Shown here piece by piece: positions 49,928-61,891 of a stretch of 64,000 nt of DNA; the first letter of the stretch is position 1, and each line of letters opens with the position of its first letter. The stretch comes from an uncultured cyanobacterium (GTDB lineage: Bacteria > Cyanobacteriota > Cyanobacteriia > CAKZMO01), in assembly GCA_963719515.1 (NCBI GenBank), contig CAVRCJ010000007.1, positions 64,001 through 128,000 on the forward strand, written 5' to 3'. Position numbers and translations under genes: made by a program. Under the pieces are notes generated by a model. It was given only the letters and a program-made list of their open reading frames with translations. It did no database searches and was not told where the DNA came from.

Positions 49928-50205
49928 CTCGCTCAGCTCCCTCGCTTGAGGGCTTAGAATGCTGTTTATGATCGTGGCTGAGGCGATCGCCCTTAGATGA
50001 CTTCAGGCAGGATATTTGGGAGCGACGCCTTTGCCAGCGCCGTTTCTAGAGACGGTTGGTGTTTTAGAGCAACTTACCCTATAGTGAACAAGAATAGCCC
50101 CGTGCTCAATGGATATCCTCTTCGCTGCGCACTACAATGGTTCTGCCTTGTGCGGGTCGGGTGAGCTTCTAGTTTAGCTAGCTATTATGCAGGTGCATTC
50201 CTTGG

Positions 50206-50258
50206 TAGATAGTATTGTACTGAAATAGATAGTATTGTACTGAAATAGATTGTACTGA
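50206..50258 (+). repeat. 20-bp tandem repeat upstream of ftsZ
   Basis: TAGATAGTATTGTACTGAAA twice plus an internally deleted third copy. Confidence 0.85.
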
Positions 50259-50294
50259 CTGGCCCTAACGTTCGCTGCTGTGTCTTAGCTGCCG

Positions 50295-51527
50295 ATGAAT
50301 ACCGCGAATACATCAAATCCTTTTACAGACCCTAGATCCCACATAAGTCAGATCAGTAGTGGGCAGGCAAATAGTGGGCAGACAAACAGTCACGATAACG
50401 GTGTGCCAGACGAGCAGTCGAGGGGTAATTCGGTCGTGCCAAGCAGCGTAGCGAGAATTAAAGTTATTGGTATAGGCGGGGGGGGCTGCAACGCCGTGAA
50501 CCGCATGATCGCCAGCGATGTGTCGGGGATCGAGTTTTGGGCTATCAATACGGATGCTCAAGCGCTGGAGAGTTCCTCGTCCAAAAACGGACTTCAGGTG
50601 GGTCAGAAGCTGACCCGAGGGCTAGGCGCTGGGGGAAATCCCGCCATTGGCCAGAAAGCCGCTGAGGAATCTAGGGACGAGATTGCGGCCGCTTTAGAAG
50701 GCTCAGACTTGGTCTTTATCACCGCCGGTATGGGCGGCGGTACCGGCACTGGCGGTGCGCCTGTGGTTGCCGAAGTCGCGAAGGAAGTTGGGGCGCTGAC
50801 GGTTGGTGTGGTGACGCGTCCGTTCATGTTTGAGGGGCGGCGGCGGACCTCTCAAGCTGAGGAGGGCATTGCGGCGCTGCAAAGTCGGGTAGACACGCTG
50901 ATTATGATTCCGAATGACAAGCTGCTGTCGGTGATTTCTGAGCAGACGCCGGTCCAAGAAGCCTTTCAGGTCGCGGACGACATTCTGCGCCAGGGCGTCC
51001 AAGGTATTTCAGATATTATTACGGTGCCTGGCTTGGTCAACGTTGACTTTGCGGACGTGCGCACCGTTATGGCGGATGCAGGCTCTGCGCTGATGGGCAT
51101 CGGCATCGGCTCCGGGAAATCTCGCTCTCGCGAAGCGGCGATCGCAGCCATCTCTTCTCCCCTGCTTGAATCTTCGATTGACGGGGCGAAGGGTGTGGTC
51201 TTCAATATCACGGGCGGAAGCGACCTGACCCTCCATGAGGTCAACGGGGCGGCAGAGATTATTTATGAAGCCGTCGACCCCAACGCCAACATCATTTTTG
51301 GGGCGGTGATCGACGATCGCCTCCAGGGTGAGGTTCGCATCACCGTCATTGCTACAGGGTTTGCGCCAGAGTCGGGAGAAATGCAGGTCGAGACTCCTCG
51401 CATTGCCCCCTTAAAGCGTCCGTCGTCAAAGCCTACGTTTTCGGCGGCGCCGTCGGAGCCTGCGCCCAAGTCTTCGGGTGGCCTCGATATTCCCGAATTT
51501 TTGCAGCGGCGGCGTCCATCCCGATAG
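50295..51527 (+). CDS. ftsZ: Cell division protein FtsZ
   Basis: GMGGGTGTG tubulin signature; C-terminal LDIPEFL. Confidence 0.99.
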   Translation: MNTANTSNPFTDPRSHISQISSGQANSGQTNSHDNGVPDEQSRGNSVVPSSVARIKVIGIGGGGCNAVNRMIASDVSGIEFWAINTDAQALESSSSKNGLQVGQKLTRGLGAGGNPAIGQKAAEESRDEIAAALEGSDLVFITAGMGGGTGTGGAPVVAEVAKEVGALTVGVVTRPFMFEGRRRTSQAEEGIAALQSRVDTLIMIPNDKLLSVISEQTPVQEAFQVADDILRQGVQGISDIITVPGLVNVDFADVRTVMADAGSALMGIGIGSGKSRSREAAIAAISSPLLESSIDGAKGVVFNITGGSDLTLHEVNGAAEIIYEAVDPNANIIFGAVIDDRLQGEVRITVIATGFAPESGEMQVETPRIAPLKRPSSKPTFSAAPSEPAPKSSGGLDIPEFLQRRRPSR

Positions 51528-51564
51528 GGCCGATTTTGATAGGGGGCGATTTGGAAATCGCTTC

Positions 51565-54500
51565 TTACCGAGGCGTCGGGTTTGTCCGGTCCTCGATAGC
51601 CCCCTCCGACTGGTGTACGATCGCCCGCAGCGCCTCCACGCGCTCTGGAGGGGCCTGCCACAGCTTACGCTGGTGCGCTTCTAGCAGTCGCTCTGCCATA
51701 TCCCGCAGTGCCCAGGGGTTTTTTTCCTGCACGAAAGCCTGTACTCCCTTGTCGAGTACGTAGGCCTCGGCTACGCCGTCGTACATATGGTCGGCGACGC
51801 AGCCTGTGGTGGCGTCATAGGCGAATAGGTAGTCCACCGTAGCCGCCATCTCAAAAGCCCCTTTGTAGCCATGGCGCATGACGCCTCGAATCCACTTGGG
51901 GTTGACGACCCGCGAGCGATAGACTCGGGCGATCTCCTCTCCGAGCGGGCGAACGCGGGGACGCTCAGGCACGGCGTTGTCGCCAAGATAGACGCTGGGA
52001 TCACCCCCCTGGGACCGCACCGCCGCCGTGAGTCCCCCCTGAAACTGGTAGTAGTCGTCAGAATCTAACAAATCATGCTCTCGGTTGTCTTGGTTGTGCA
52101 GCACCACCTGCATCTGCTGCAGCCGCTGCTGAAAGGCTTCCGGCGCGGCTTTGCCCTCGCGGCCCGTATAGGCGTAGCTGCTCCAGTTGATGTAGGCCCG
52201 CGCTAAGTCGCTGGCGTCCGTCCAGTTTTGCCCTTCGATCAGCCCTTGAAGCCCTGCCCCGTAGGCACCCGGCTTAGAGCCAAATACGCGGTAGTGCGAT
52301 CGCGTTTCGGCCTGCTGGGGCAAGAGTCCCGCAGATTGCCATTGGGCCATATCCGCGTTCACCTGCGCCGCTAAGGGGTTGTCCTCAGCGCGCTCCTCCA
52401 GCGCTGCTACCGCCTCAACCGCCCGATGAAATAGATCGATCAGACCGCTGAAGGCATCGCGGAAAAAGCCCGATACCCTTAAGGTCACGTCAACGCGCGG
52501 ACGCCCCAGGGTCGCCACAGGCAAAATCTCAAAATCTACCACGCGCCGAGAGGGACCATCCCATACGGGCTGTACCCCCAGCAGCGCCAGCGCCTCGGCA
52601 ATGTCGTCGCCGCCCGTGCGCATGGTTGAGGTGCCCCACACCGAGAGCCCCAGCGTTTTGGGATACTCGCCGTGCTCTTGGGTGTAGTGGTCGATTAAGG
52701 TCTCTGCGGCTCGACGCCCCACGTCCCAGGCGCTGGGGGTTGGAATAGCGCGGCTGTCGACGCTGTAGAAGTTGCGCCCTGTGGGAAGCACGTCGCTGCG
52801 CCCTCGGGTGGGGGCACCTGAGGGGCCGCTGGGCACGTAACCTCCCGCGAGACCCTGGAGGAGAGCGGTAATTTCCTGGCGGGTCTGCGCTAGGGCGGGC
52901 AAGAGCCGTTGGGCGACCCAGATTAGCTCTTGGGCCAAACCTATATCGGCTGTGAGCTTGTGGGGAGGCTCTCCCGAAATGAGCTTTTCCACAAGTCGGC
53001 CCGCCGCCGCTTCGATTGCTTCTACAGCGTCTCCTACAGTGCGGCAGCCGCCCAAAGCAGGATGATCGGCCTGGAGCGGTTCCCCTAGATTGGCGGTGAG
53101 CGGGTCTAAATCGAGCCGCCACGCGGCGGCGATCGCCCGGGTGAGGCCCATCCGCCCCGGGTCAGGGTAGCGGGCGATCGCCACCGCCAGATCTCGCTGC
53201 TGATCTCCCTGGGGGGGCTGACCGAAGATATGTAGCCCATCTCGAATCTGAGATTCTTTCAGCTCGCACAGGTAGCCATCAGCCTGGGTAATAAAAGCCT
53301 CAACGTCAGGTCCCCCTGAGGAGCGAGCTGTTTACTGCGGTCTGCGGTGACTGGGAGGCCCAGCCCAGGTCTTTATCTAGCTGCGCCTGCTGCAGCAAGG
53401 CCATGAGGCGATCGCGGATGGCCGGGAGACGTCCCGGATCCAAGCTTTGAGCCTCATAGTATTCATCCACCATAGCCTCAAGCTGCAGCAGCGGCCCGTA
53501 GAGCTCGGCCCGCGTGAGGGGAGGGGTTAGGTGGTCGATGATTACGGCTTGGGCACGCCGCTTAGCCTGAGAGCCTTCTCCAGGATCGTTGACGATGAAG
53601 GGGTAGAGGTGGGGCAGCGGGCCAAAGGCCGCTTCCGGGTAGCAGTTTTCTGAAAGGGCGATGCTTTTGCCGGGCAGCCATTCCAGATTGCCGTGCTTGC
53701 CCAGATGCACCACGGCGTGGGCGTCAAAGGCCTGTCGGATCCAGTGGTAGAACGCCAGATAGTCGTGGGTCGGGGCGAGGTCGGGGGCGTGGTAGCTCAA
53801 GCTGGGGTCGGCGTCGTAGCCCCGCGAGGGTTGGATACCCACGAAGATATTGCCGTATTGCCGACCGAAAACTGGGATGGTCCCGCCCGTCGCCGTGATC
53901 AGCTGCTGCCACCGCTCCGTAACCCCTTGCCTGACGGCCTCGGGCAGCCCTTGAAAATACGTCCAGTAGTCTTCCAAGGCCAGTCCCTGATTGGGCGACT
54001 TCAGCTCCCGCGCCTCGGGGTCGTTGGTGGGGCCAGCGGTGAGCTGCCGGATCAGCTCGTCTCCGGTTTGAGGACTGTCGCCGACCATGTAGCCCGCCTG
54101 CTGCAACGCTGCCAGCACCTGAATACAGCTGGCGGGGGTGTCGAGGCCCACCCCATTGGCGATGCGTCCGTCCCGGTTGGGGTAGTTGGCGAGGATGAGG
54201 GCGATGCGACGCGCTTGGGGAGGCGTTTGCCGCAGCCGTACCCACCGAGCCGCCAAATCGGCTACGAACTGGACGCGATCGCCCACGGGACGGTAGGTGA
54301 CGACGTCGGTTTCTAGCTGTTGGCTTGTGGTGGCGATCGCCTTGAAAGAGACGGCCCGGCTGATGATCCGGCCATCTACCTCCGGTAGCGCCACGTTCAT
54401 GGCCATGTCTCGGGGAGACAGCCCTTGCCACCGCTGCTGCCACTGATCTTGAGTGCCGCCGCTGAGGATGACCTGCAGCACCGGTACGTTTAGCCTGTGC

Positions 54501-55345
54501 CAAAGGGCCGGGCTGGGATCTGCGTGATCTAGCTGGGCGATGGCAAAGCTGGTGGTATTGAGGATGAGCTGGGCCTGAGGCAGCTGTTGGGCAACTTGGT
54601 CTTGAACCTCGGGCTCCCGCAAAGAGGAGACGAACAGCGGTTTAGGAGTGAGCTGCCGCTGCGCTAAAGCCGCGCAGAGCGCCTCAACGGGTGCTGTATT
54701 GCCCGAGAGGTAGTGGGCACGATAGAACAGCAGGCCGACTTCAGGAAACGGGACTCCGTCCGGCTGGGCCGCTTTACCCGTTACGTCCTGGCTAGCCCAG
54801 GGGTAGGGGCCGACGCGGGGCACAGACTGGGGCAGCGGCGGGTCGTATTGGGCGCAGAGTCCAACGGCAGCGGCATACTGCAGGGCGTGGGTGGTATTGG
54901 CCAAGCCCCCTTCGGTGAAGTAGCGCCAGAGCCGGTCAGCGATCGCCAGAGAGACTGTCGAATGACTCATCAGGTGAGGGTCCGGGCGATCGTCCCCTGG
55001 AACCACGACCAGCTTTGCGCCAGAGGCAATAGCGCTCTGCTTCACCACTTCGAGTCCGTAGGGCCAGTATGCGACGCCCCCCAAAAGCCGCAGCACAATT
55101 ACGCGGGCACGGGAGAGGATATCTTCGGCGTAGGCATCGACCGTGAGCTGCTGCTGAAGCTGCAGCAGGCTGGCGACCCTGACTGCTGGAAAAGACGGAG
55201 GGAGGGTCGCTGCGGCGCGAACCAAAGATTGAATATCGGTGTCGGCTGCAGTCAGAACGACGATGGGTGCAGGCTGCTGGTCAATAAAAATGACGCCGTC
55301 GGTGTCGGGCGTCCATCCTCCGGGCATTGTAGCTAAGCGATGCAT
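51565..55345 (-). pseudogene. cobN: Cobaltochelatase CobN with one +1 frameshift (about 53306-53333); real mutation or sequencing error
   Basis: MHRLAT.PGGW, HLGKHGNLEWLPGK, DGYLCELKE.QIRDGLH, LPTGRNFYS, NPKWI.GVMRHGYKG distributed over two frames. Confidence 0.9.
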
Positions 55346-55559
55346 CGTATTATCTTCATGCAAGTATCACGAAATTCTTTAGATTCGCGGGGGGGGATTA
55401 AGGGGCGAGATAACATTACAAGTGCTCAGACCTACTGCAGGTGGGCTCTTTAGAAGGACCACTCTTAAGGCCCCCTTTGCCCCATGAGTCCCTGCCCCCT
55501 CGATATCTTTGATATCACCGCCGTGGCGCTCTTGGCGCGATGTTCTACAGCGATCATCT

Positions 55560-57402
55560 ATGGCCAGTTTCGACCCAACGTTTCGCTATCAGCTGTCGAC
55601 GAGTCTATTTCAGCACTTGCGCAATAGCTTTCATCAGGTCTACCAGCTTGGCGATGCGAATTTTCCGCAGTCCATACTCTACGTCTTGACAGAGACGTCT
55701 TTGGACCTCGATCCGTCTAGGTTGGAGAACATTGACCATTTTAGTCTAGTGGTCTCAGATACGGTTGGGGCGCTGCTAATTGCTCAGCGATCGCAGCTCG
55801 CCCCCTCCAATTCTGCTACCCAGCCTCGAGCATGGAGCTCAACCCAAGAGCAGTACGCAGTTGACCTGCTGGATGGAGAAGCCGTCGCTCAGTTTGTGGA
55901 CTGGCTAGCCGAGCAGCTGCCATCAGACTCGGACCATCTTCCCGTCATCCGGCAGGTGCGGCAGCTTTGCGGCCCCTCGACCAGTCACCGTTTGGTCGTC
56001 GAACTGATGCTAGAGAGCCTATCTCAGATTGAACGGCGGCTCGCACCCAACCCACTTCTGACAGCGCAGACGGCGGCACCGTGCTACAGCCCTCTGTCCT
56101 CTGCGCTGTCGCACCACCTACCGCTCGAACAGGAGTCACAGACAATGACAGAGACTCGCGTCACCCCCACCCCCTCAGCCCCTGCGGCAGCCTCTGATTT
56201 GTCTTCTAGCCCCTCAGGTCAGCCTCTCACTGCGGCCGGTACCCTCGATCTCTTTGAGCCGGAATACGCGCTGGCGGAACGGGCAAAGAACGTCTTTTTG
56301 GCTTCGGTGAACCACGAGCTGCGTACGCCGCTGACCTATATCCTGGGGATGTCTACCACTCTGCTGCGCTGGCTTGATGATGGCGCTGACGCGGCGCTCA
56401 AGCGCGCAGCAGCGCCACTACTTGGAGAGTATCTATAACCAGGGTAAGCATCTGTTAGAGATAATCAACAGTATGCTTGATCTCTCCCAAAGCGAGCTGG
56501 GGCAGATGACGTTAAACATTCAGCAGGTTTCCCTCTCCGCGCTTATTCAAGACTGTTTACAGGACTATCGCCTTAACGCCGAGAACCGCAGCATCACCCT
56601 GACCCTAGAGACTTCTGCAGAGCCTCCCCATGACGGCGTCGCCGCCGACCCCCATCGTCTTAAGCAGGTGATTGCTATCTTACTAAGCAACGCGGTTAAG
56701 TTTACTCCGGCGGGGGGCTGTATCGCCGTGCGGCTGTCGCTGAACGAGGCCGAGGCAATTATCCAAGTGCAGGATACTGGAATTGGCATTGCCGAGCACC
56801 ACCAGACCATCATCTTTCGGAAATTCAAGCAGCTTGACGACTCGTACCACCGGCAGTACGAGGGCACTGGCATAGGACTTGCCCTGGCAAAACAGCTCGT
56901 CGAGCTTCACAACGGCTGCATCACCTGCGACTCTTCCCTAGAGGCTGGGGCTTTGTTTACGGTGCGGCTACCCCGTGCGCCAGCGCTGGGAATGCCGCTG
57001 AGCTGCACCGTCCCGACGGGCCACCTCGGACGCCGCATACTGCTCGTCGATGGTCAGAGTGAGTCGGCTCGTGCGATCGCCGATCGGGTGACGGCAGTGG
57101 GGTGTCAGTTGATCTGGATGCTGGAGGGGCGTCGGCTTGTGAAGGAAGTCGGGGCGCTGCAGCCCGACTGCGTTATTGTCGGGTCGCACATCACTGATGT
57201 AGATAGCCGGGAGCTGATCTACTCGCTGCGTCAAGCTTTGCCGAGGGTGCTAATTGCGGCTGTAGACGATGGGCGCAGCGCAGAAGCGCTGGACCTACGG
57301 CATCACTATCAAAGCTTGGGGGTTGACAGCGTCCTGAGCACGCAGGTAGACATCGACAATCTGCTCGAAGGCCTCCGCCAGGACGGCCCGCGATCGCATT
57401 AG
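55560..57402 (+). pseudogene. CikA-like histidine kinase (no GAF) with one +1 frameshift near 56400
   Basis: FLASVNHELRTPLTYILGMSTTLLRW (CikA-type H-box), HATPase (NAVKFT, GTGIGL), pseudo-receiver. Confidence 0.75.
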
Positions 57403-57424
57403 GGCAATTGCGCTTACCAGTGGC

Positions 57425-59323
57425 TTACCAACGAGGCTGGAGCCCTTGATCGCGCAGGTAGTCCTGGAGGTCAGAAATACGCCCTTCAGGAACGATGTCT
57501 GCCGGAGCGAGCTGGGGAGCCTGTGTGATTAGCCAACCTGCCGTAGCGCCCGAAGCTGCCCCAATGTTCCACTCGCTGTGGTGTATTCGGGTGACGGAGT
57601 TGGCGATGTGGGTAACGGCGATCGCCTTTCCGCCGACCATCATATTGTCCAGCTCTTGGGGGATGAGGCTTTCGAGAGGAATGTGGGTTGGTCGGACGTT
57701 TTGCTCGTTGGTGGGGGCGCTAGAAGCTTCATGGGAGGGCATCCAATTGCGGTAGCGACAGCCGTGGATATCCATATCGTAATGGGCGATAGCCACCGAA
57801 GTGGGCGTAAAGTCTCGGCCACCGCCCTGGTCCCAGCGCATATCCGCTTGCCGCACCATAAAATCAAGCTGGCCGTAAGCGTCACGCCCCAAAATGCGCC
57901 GCCCTTCGCGGATGTAGGGCACCATACTCAGCCCGGTTTGGGTGCCCATGGGTGCGCCCCCAAATAGATGGGCCAAGGGCTTGTCGGGCTGCTCTTGGGT
58001 TTCAATCAGCCAGCGGGAGAACAGCAGGGCGTGAATAGCGCCGTGCTTTAGGGCACTGGCGGAGAGCCCTCCCATCCAATTGTCAAACTGATCTGTCTCT
58101 AAGAGGCGATCGCGGTTGAGAATCAGCGGTGGATCCATCACGTTCCAGTCGTTCCCCGGGTGCCAATTCACCAAGGTCACGTCCCCCAGAACGGGCGTTC
58201 CGGCGGTAGGGCTATTCTGGGCCAGGCTGATCATGCGGCGGTAGTTAAAGAAGCTGCGCCCCGAGAACATGGAAAATCTGCCGAGAGAGTAGCTGTCCCA
58301 ATGTTCTTCAATATTAAATTCAGGCTCGAACTGAAGCAGGTGCTGATAGCTTGCACCGTCGTCCTCTGCGATCGCCAGGGCAAAGGGAAAGGTGAAAGCC
58401 TGAGTACAGTCTGGGTTGTCTTGCTCAGCGGCGTGCTGTTCGCCCGTAGTTTGCCAGGAGTCTGACCCCAGGCGATAGGGCACATCGGCCCAGGCTACAA
58501 GCTCCCCGGTGTCGGTGGCGTCAATGACAATCCAGGGCTTGTCGTTCGGCGGCACTAGGCGCAGCGGCACTTTCGCGAAGGTATCATCGCTTGACCAGGA
58601 ATACCACGCGGGAAGCTCTTGCCACAGCTTTCCTTCGGGCAAGTAGGTGCTCTGGCGAGGCACCCGGCGTACGGCCTGAACCGCTGTAATGTGGCGGCCG
58701 CTGTCGTCAAATTCTGCCCCTTTAAAGGCTGTGGAGGTGGCCCAGCGACTCCCAGGCGATCGCTCAGAAGACTGGGCAAGCAGGGCTTGAGCCGCTAGCG
58801 AACCTGCCGTGGGGGGAAAGCACAGCGCCCCTACCCAACAGCTGTTGAGTTCTGCAACGGATTTAGAGGGGCCGGCCCAGGTGGGAAGATTGACAATCTG
58901 CTGGCGGATGAGCTGTTTGATTTCATTCCAGCTTGCCGATGTGTTTTGAGAGCGGCGCACCAAGCGTGACTCGTCGATGGCGGAGACGCCCTGAGAGCTG
59001 ATCTGACCGCCTAGCCAGGGCGTCAGCTCAATTAGGCAGGTTTGTGCTCCCGAGCGCATCGCCTGCGACGCCGCCGCGACGCCCCCCAGCGAGCCCCCGA
59101 CCACCAGCACCTCGCAGGTCCACTCATCTTCAAACGAGTGGCGGGCAACGTCTGCTAGGGGTAAGAGCTGCTGGAGGCCTGCGTTCGCCTCGGTCGGTGA
59201 GGAGGCGGCGGGTTCTGCCGAGAACCAGCGCCAGACGGAGACCCCTATGAAGCTGCCGTAGAAGGCAGCGGCAATACCAACAAATGATGTGAGCTGACGG
59301 CGAGGATGTGAGAAATACTTCAC
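57425..59323 (-). CDS. FAD-dependent oxidoreductase with N-terminal anchor
   Basis: VLVVGGSLGGVAAA, WLGGQ, IDATDTGEL, PYIREGRR. Confidence 0.85.
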   Translation of the reverse strand: MKYFSHPRRQLTSFVGIAAAFYGSFIGVSVWRWFSAEPAASSPTEANAGLQQLLPLADVARHSFEDEWTCEVLVVGGSLGGVAAASQAMRSGAQTCLIELTPWLGGQISSQGVSAIDESRLVRRSQNTSASWNEIKQLIRQQIVNLPTWAGPSKSVAELNSCWVGALCFPPTAGSLAAQALLAQSSERSPGSRWATSTAFKGAEFDDSGRHITAVQAVRRVPRQSTYLPEGKLWQELPAWYSWSSDDTFAKVPLRLVPPNDKPWIVIDATDTGELVAWADVPYRLGSDSWQTTGEQHAAEQDNPDCTQAFTFPFALAIAEDDGASYQHLLQFEPEFNIEEHWDSYSLGRFSMFSGRSFFNYRRMISLAQNSPTAGTPVLGDVTLVNWHPGNDWNVMDPPLILNRDRLLETDQFDNWMGGLSASALKHGAIHALLFSRWLIETQEQPDKPLAHLFGGAPMGTQTGLSMVPYIREGRRILGRDAYGQLDFMVRQADMRWDQGGGRDFTPTSVAIAHYDMDIHGCRYRNWMPSHEASSAPTNEQNVRPTHIPLESLIPQELDNMMVGGKAIAVTHIANSVTRIHHSEWNIGAASGATAGWLITQAPQLAPADIVPEGRISDLQDYLRDQGLQPRW

Positions 59324-59543
59324 GTTGCAGACGTACTAAAAAAATGAATACGAAACGGCTGTCAGAATTAAGCTAGACCAGGTATCAGCTCCCTTGCTCA
59401 ATACTACAGGGTCTGCCCTCCGTCTACGCGGGTTCCCAGCTAGTTCCCAGCTAGCTTTCTGTGGGGTTTGGGTTAGCCTTACAGCTATCTGGTTGGCCTA
59501 CAGGCATGTTAAAGGCCACGCCTGAATGCCGCTGAAGCCGCAT

Positions 59544-60419
59544 TCAGGGTTTAGAGCTCCCCGGTGCCAAAAAAGATTTTAGATGCTGATGATAGGTACT
59601 GGGATCTTCGAGCATCGGGAAATGGGCTGTATTGGGGATGGTCACCTGCTCAACTTGGGAACTGAGCGCGGCGGCGTTGATGCCCAGCTGGGCGGGGATG
59701 ATTTGGTCGTGCTCGCCCGAAATCAGAAGCGTGGGCACCTGGAGGGCCGCAAATTCTTTTGGCATCTCTTCTGAGGCGCGCTGGCTAACGGCGGTGTAGA
59801 CCGTCCCCATAGCGGCTTCGCCATCGGCCAGTAGGTAGTCTTCTAGAAACGCAATGCGCTCGGGTTTAGGAATCGGGCGATAGAGGAATCGGGTCATAAA
59901 GACCTGGTCAACGCCTGGGATGCGGCTGAGCCAAGAGGGCCGCAGGGCAACGACGCCCCGGCTAGCCTGGTGAAAGAGCTTAAATGCCCAGGGCACGTAT
60001 TCAAAAATGCCGCTACAGGTGAGAACTGCCTGCTGGACGCGATCGCCATACCGGTTGAGGAACAGAACGGCGATGGAGGCTCCCGTTGAGTGGGCGTTGA
60101 GGTAGACCTGCTCTAGACCTAGATGGTCGAGAAGCAGCGCCAGATCGTCGGCGTAGCCCTCTAGCTCGTAGCCCAGCGCCGCTACATCAGGGGAAAGGGG
60201 GCGGGGAATGCGCGATCGCCCAAACCCCCGCAGGTCATAGAGCAGACAGTCGAAGTGATCGGTGAGCGCCTGGGCCGTGCTCATCCAGTAGCGCAGAGAG
60301 CCGCCCCAGCCGTGAATGAACACCATTACGGGTTTGCTGGGCTGGTGCTGATCGCGCTCGCCCGTGGCGGTAACCCAGCGGTAGAAGTGCGGCACACCCC
60401 GAATGTCTACGTACGCCAT
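59544..60419 (-). CDS. Alpha/beta hydrolase
   Basis: FIHGWGG, YDLRGFGRS, AHSTG, GEHD, HFPMLE. Confidence 0.92.
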   Translation of the reverse strand: MAYVDIRGVPHFYRWVTATGERDQHQPSKPVMVFIHGWGGSLRYWMSTAQALTDHFDCLLYDLRGFGRSRIPRPLSPDVAALGYELEGYADDLALLLDHLGLEQVYLNAHSTGASIAVLFLNRYGDRVQQAVLTCSGIFEYVPWAFKLFHQASRGVVALRPSWLSRIPGVDQVFMTRFLYRPIPKPERIAFLEDYLLADGEAAMGTVYTAVSQRASEEMPKEFAALQVPTLLISGEHDQIIPAQLGINAAALSSQVEQVTIPNTAHFPMLEDPSTYHQHLKSFLAPGSSKP

Positions 60420-60459
60420 AGCTATTGAGTCAAAAATGCTTGTTAATAGGGGCCTAGCG

Positions 60460-61797
60460 CTATGCCGATTCTGGCTTAGGCAGCGAAGAGGGGTGCAGCA
60501 GCAGCTCTGCGGTAGATCGCTTTTCCACCATCTCTCGGGTGATAGAGCAGCGGGTGACGTCGCTGCGGGACGGCAGCTCGTACATCACGTCCAGCATCAG
60601 CTCCTCGACGATACCTCGCAGGGCGCGGGCGCCAGTTTTGCGGCGATAGCCTTCTCGGGCGATCGCTCGAATGGCGTCTTGATGAAACTCTAGCTGCACG
60701 TTGTCCATGCGCATCAGCTTTTGGTACTGCTTCACCAGCGAGTTTTGAGGCTCCATTAAAATGGCCACCAGCATCTCTTCATCCAGCGGCTCTACCACGG
60801 CAACCACAGGAACGCGGCCAATAAATTCAGGAATCATGCCAAACTTCACCAGATCGTCTGATTCCATGTGCTGGAGCACGTCCACCATGCGCCGGTCTTT
60901 GCCAAACTGGCTTTCTCCCGGCTGGACAAAGCCGATGGATTTCTTGCCGATGCGCTGCTCCACCGTCTTCTCTAGACCCACAAACGCGCCGCCGCAGATA
61001 AAGAGAATGTTGGTGGTGTCGATCTGAATGCAGTCCTGGTAGGGGTGCTTTCGCCCGCCTTGGGGCGGCACGTTGGCCACCGTGCCCTCCAGCATTTTGA
61101 GCAGCGCCTGCTGAACGCCTTCGCCCGAAACGTCTCGCGTGATGGAAGGGTTCTCGCTCTTGCGGGCGACCTTGTCAATTTCGTCGATATAGATGATGCC
61201 GCGCTGAGCCTCTTCCACATCTAGATCCGCTACCTGCAGCAGCCGCAGCAAAATATTCTCAACGTCTTCACCGACGTAGCCCGCCTCCGTTAAGGTGGTC
61301 GCGTCGGCGACGGCAAAGGGCACATCCAGCATCTCGGCCAGCGTCTGAGCCAGCAGGGTCTTGCCGCAGCCCGTAGGGCCAATCAGCAAAATGTTTGACT
61401 TTTGCAGCTGCACGGGGTCGTCGGTTTTGCCGCTGCGCTTGCTCTGCTCGTAGCTCAGGCGCTTGTAGTGGTTGTAGACGGCAACCGAAAGCACCTTTTT
61501 AGCCTCATCCTGGCCAATGACGTGCTTATCGAGGTGTCGCTTGATTTCAACCGGCTTAGGGACTTGGCTCAGAGAGATGTAGGAGCCGCGACCCTGGCGC
61601 TTTTCGGCTTGCTCGCGGCGGGGGGGCGGCTGGGGAACTGCTGCACTAGAATCAAACAATTCCTCATCTAGAATCTCATTGCATAGGTCGACACATTCAT
61701 CACAAATGTAGACGCCCGGTCCCGCAATGAGCTTGCGAACCTGCTCCTGGGACTTGCCGCAGAAGGAGCATTTGAGATGGGAATCGTATTTAGACAT
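60460..61797 (-). CDS. clpX: ATP-dependent Clp protease ATP-binding subunit
   Basis: CSFC zinc finger, [11 protein letters not shown] loop. Confidence 0.99.
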   Translation of the reverse strand: MSKYDSHLKCSFCGKSQEQVRKLIAGPGVYICDECVDLCNEILDEELFDSSAAVPQPPPRREQAEKRQGRGSYISLSQVPKPVEIKRHLDKHVIGQDEAKKVLSVAVYNHYKRLSYEQSKRSGKTDDPVQLQKSNILLIGPTGCGKTLLAQTLAEMLDVPFAVADATTLTEAGYVGEDVENILLRLLQVADLDVEEAQRGIIYIDEIDKVARKSENPSITRDVSGEGVQQALLKMLEGTVANVPPQGGRKHPYQDCIQIDTTNILFICGGAFVGLEKTVEQRIGKKSIGFVQPGESQFGKDRRMVDVLQHMESDDLVKFGMIPEFIGRVPVVAVVEPLDEEMLVAILMEPQNSLVKQYQKLMRMDNVQLEFHQDAIRAIAREGYRRKTGARALRGIVEELMLDVMYELPSRSDVTRCSITREMVEKRSTAELLLHPSSLPKPESA

Positions 61798-61806
61798 GGT
61801 TGTGCC

Positions 61807-61854
61807 TCTTAATCACCTGCCGTCTTAATCATCTGCCGTCTTAATCGTCTGCCG
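61807..61854. repeat. 16-bp tandem repeat (3 copies) between clpP and clpX
   Basis: TCTTAATCACCTGCCG / TCTTAATCATCTGCCG / TCTTAATCGTCTGCCG. Confidence 0.85.
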
Positions 61855-61891
61855 CCCAGGGCCAAATCGTTCTAAGCCGGATGGTCACCCC

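Noticed and set aside
55364..55508. Cobalamin riboswitch upstream of cobN
   Set aside because: No recognisable B12-box core; only a GGGGGATTAAGGGG repeat-like motif
59432..59455. 11-bp tandem duplication GTTCCCAGCTA
   Set aside because: Only two copies; likely slippage with no supporting context
50206..61854. CRISPR array from the short tandem repeats
   Set aside because: Head-to-tail repeats without spacers; no cas genes
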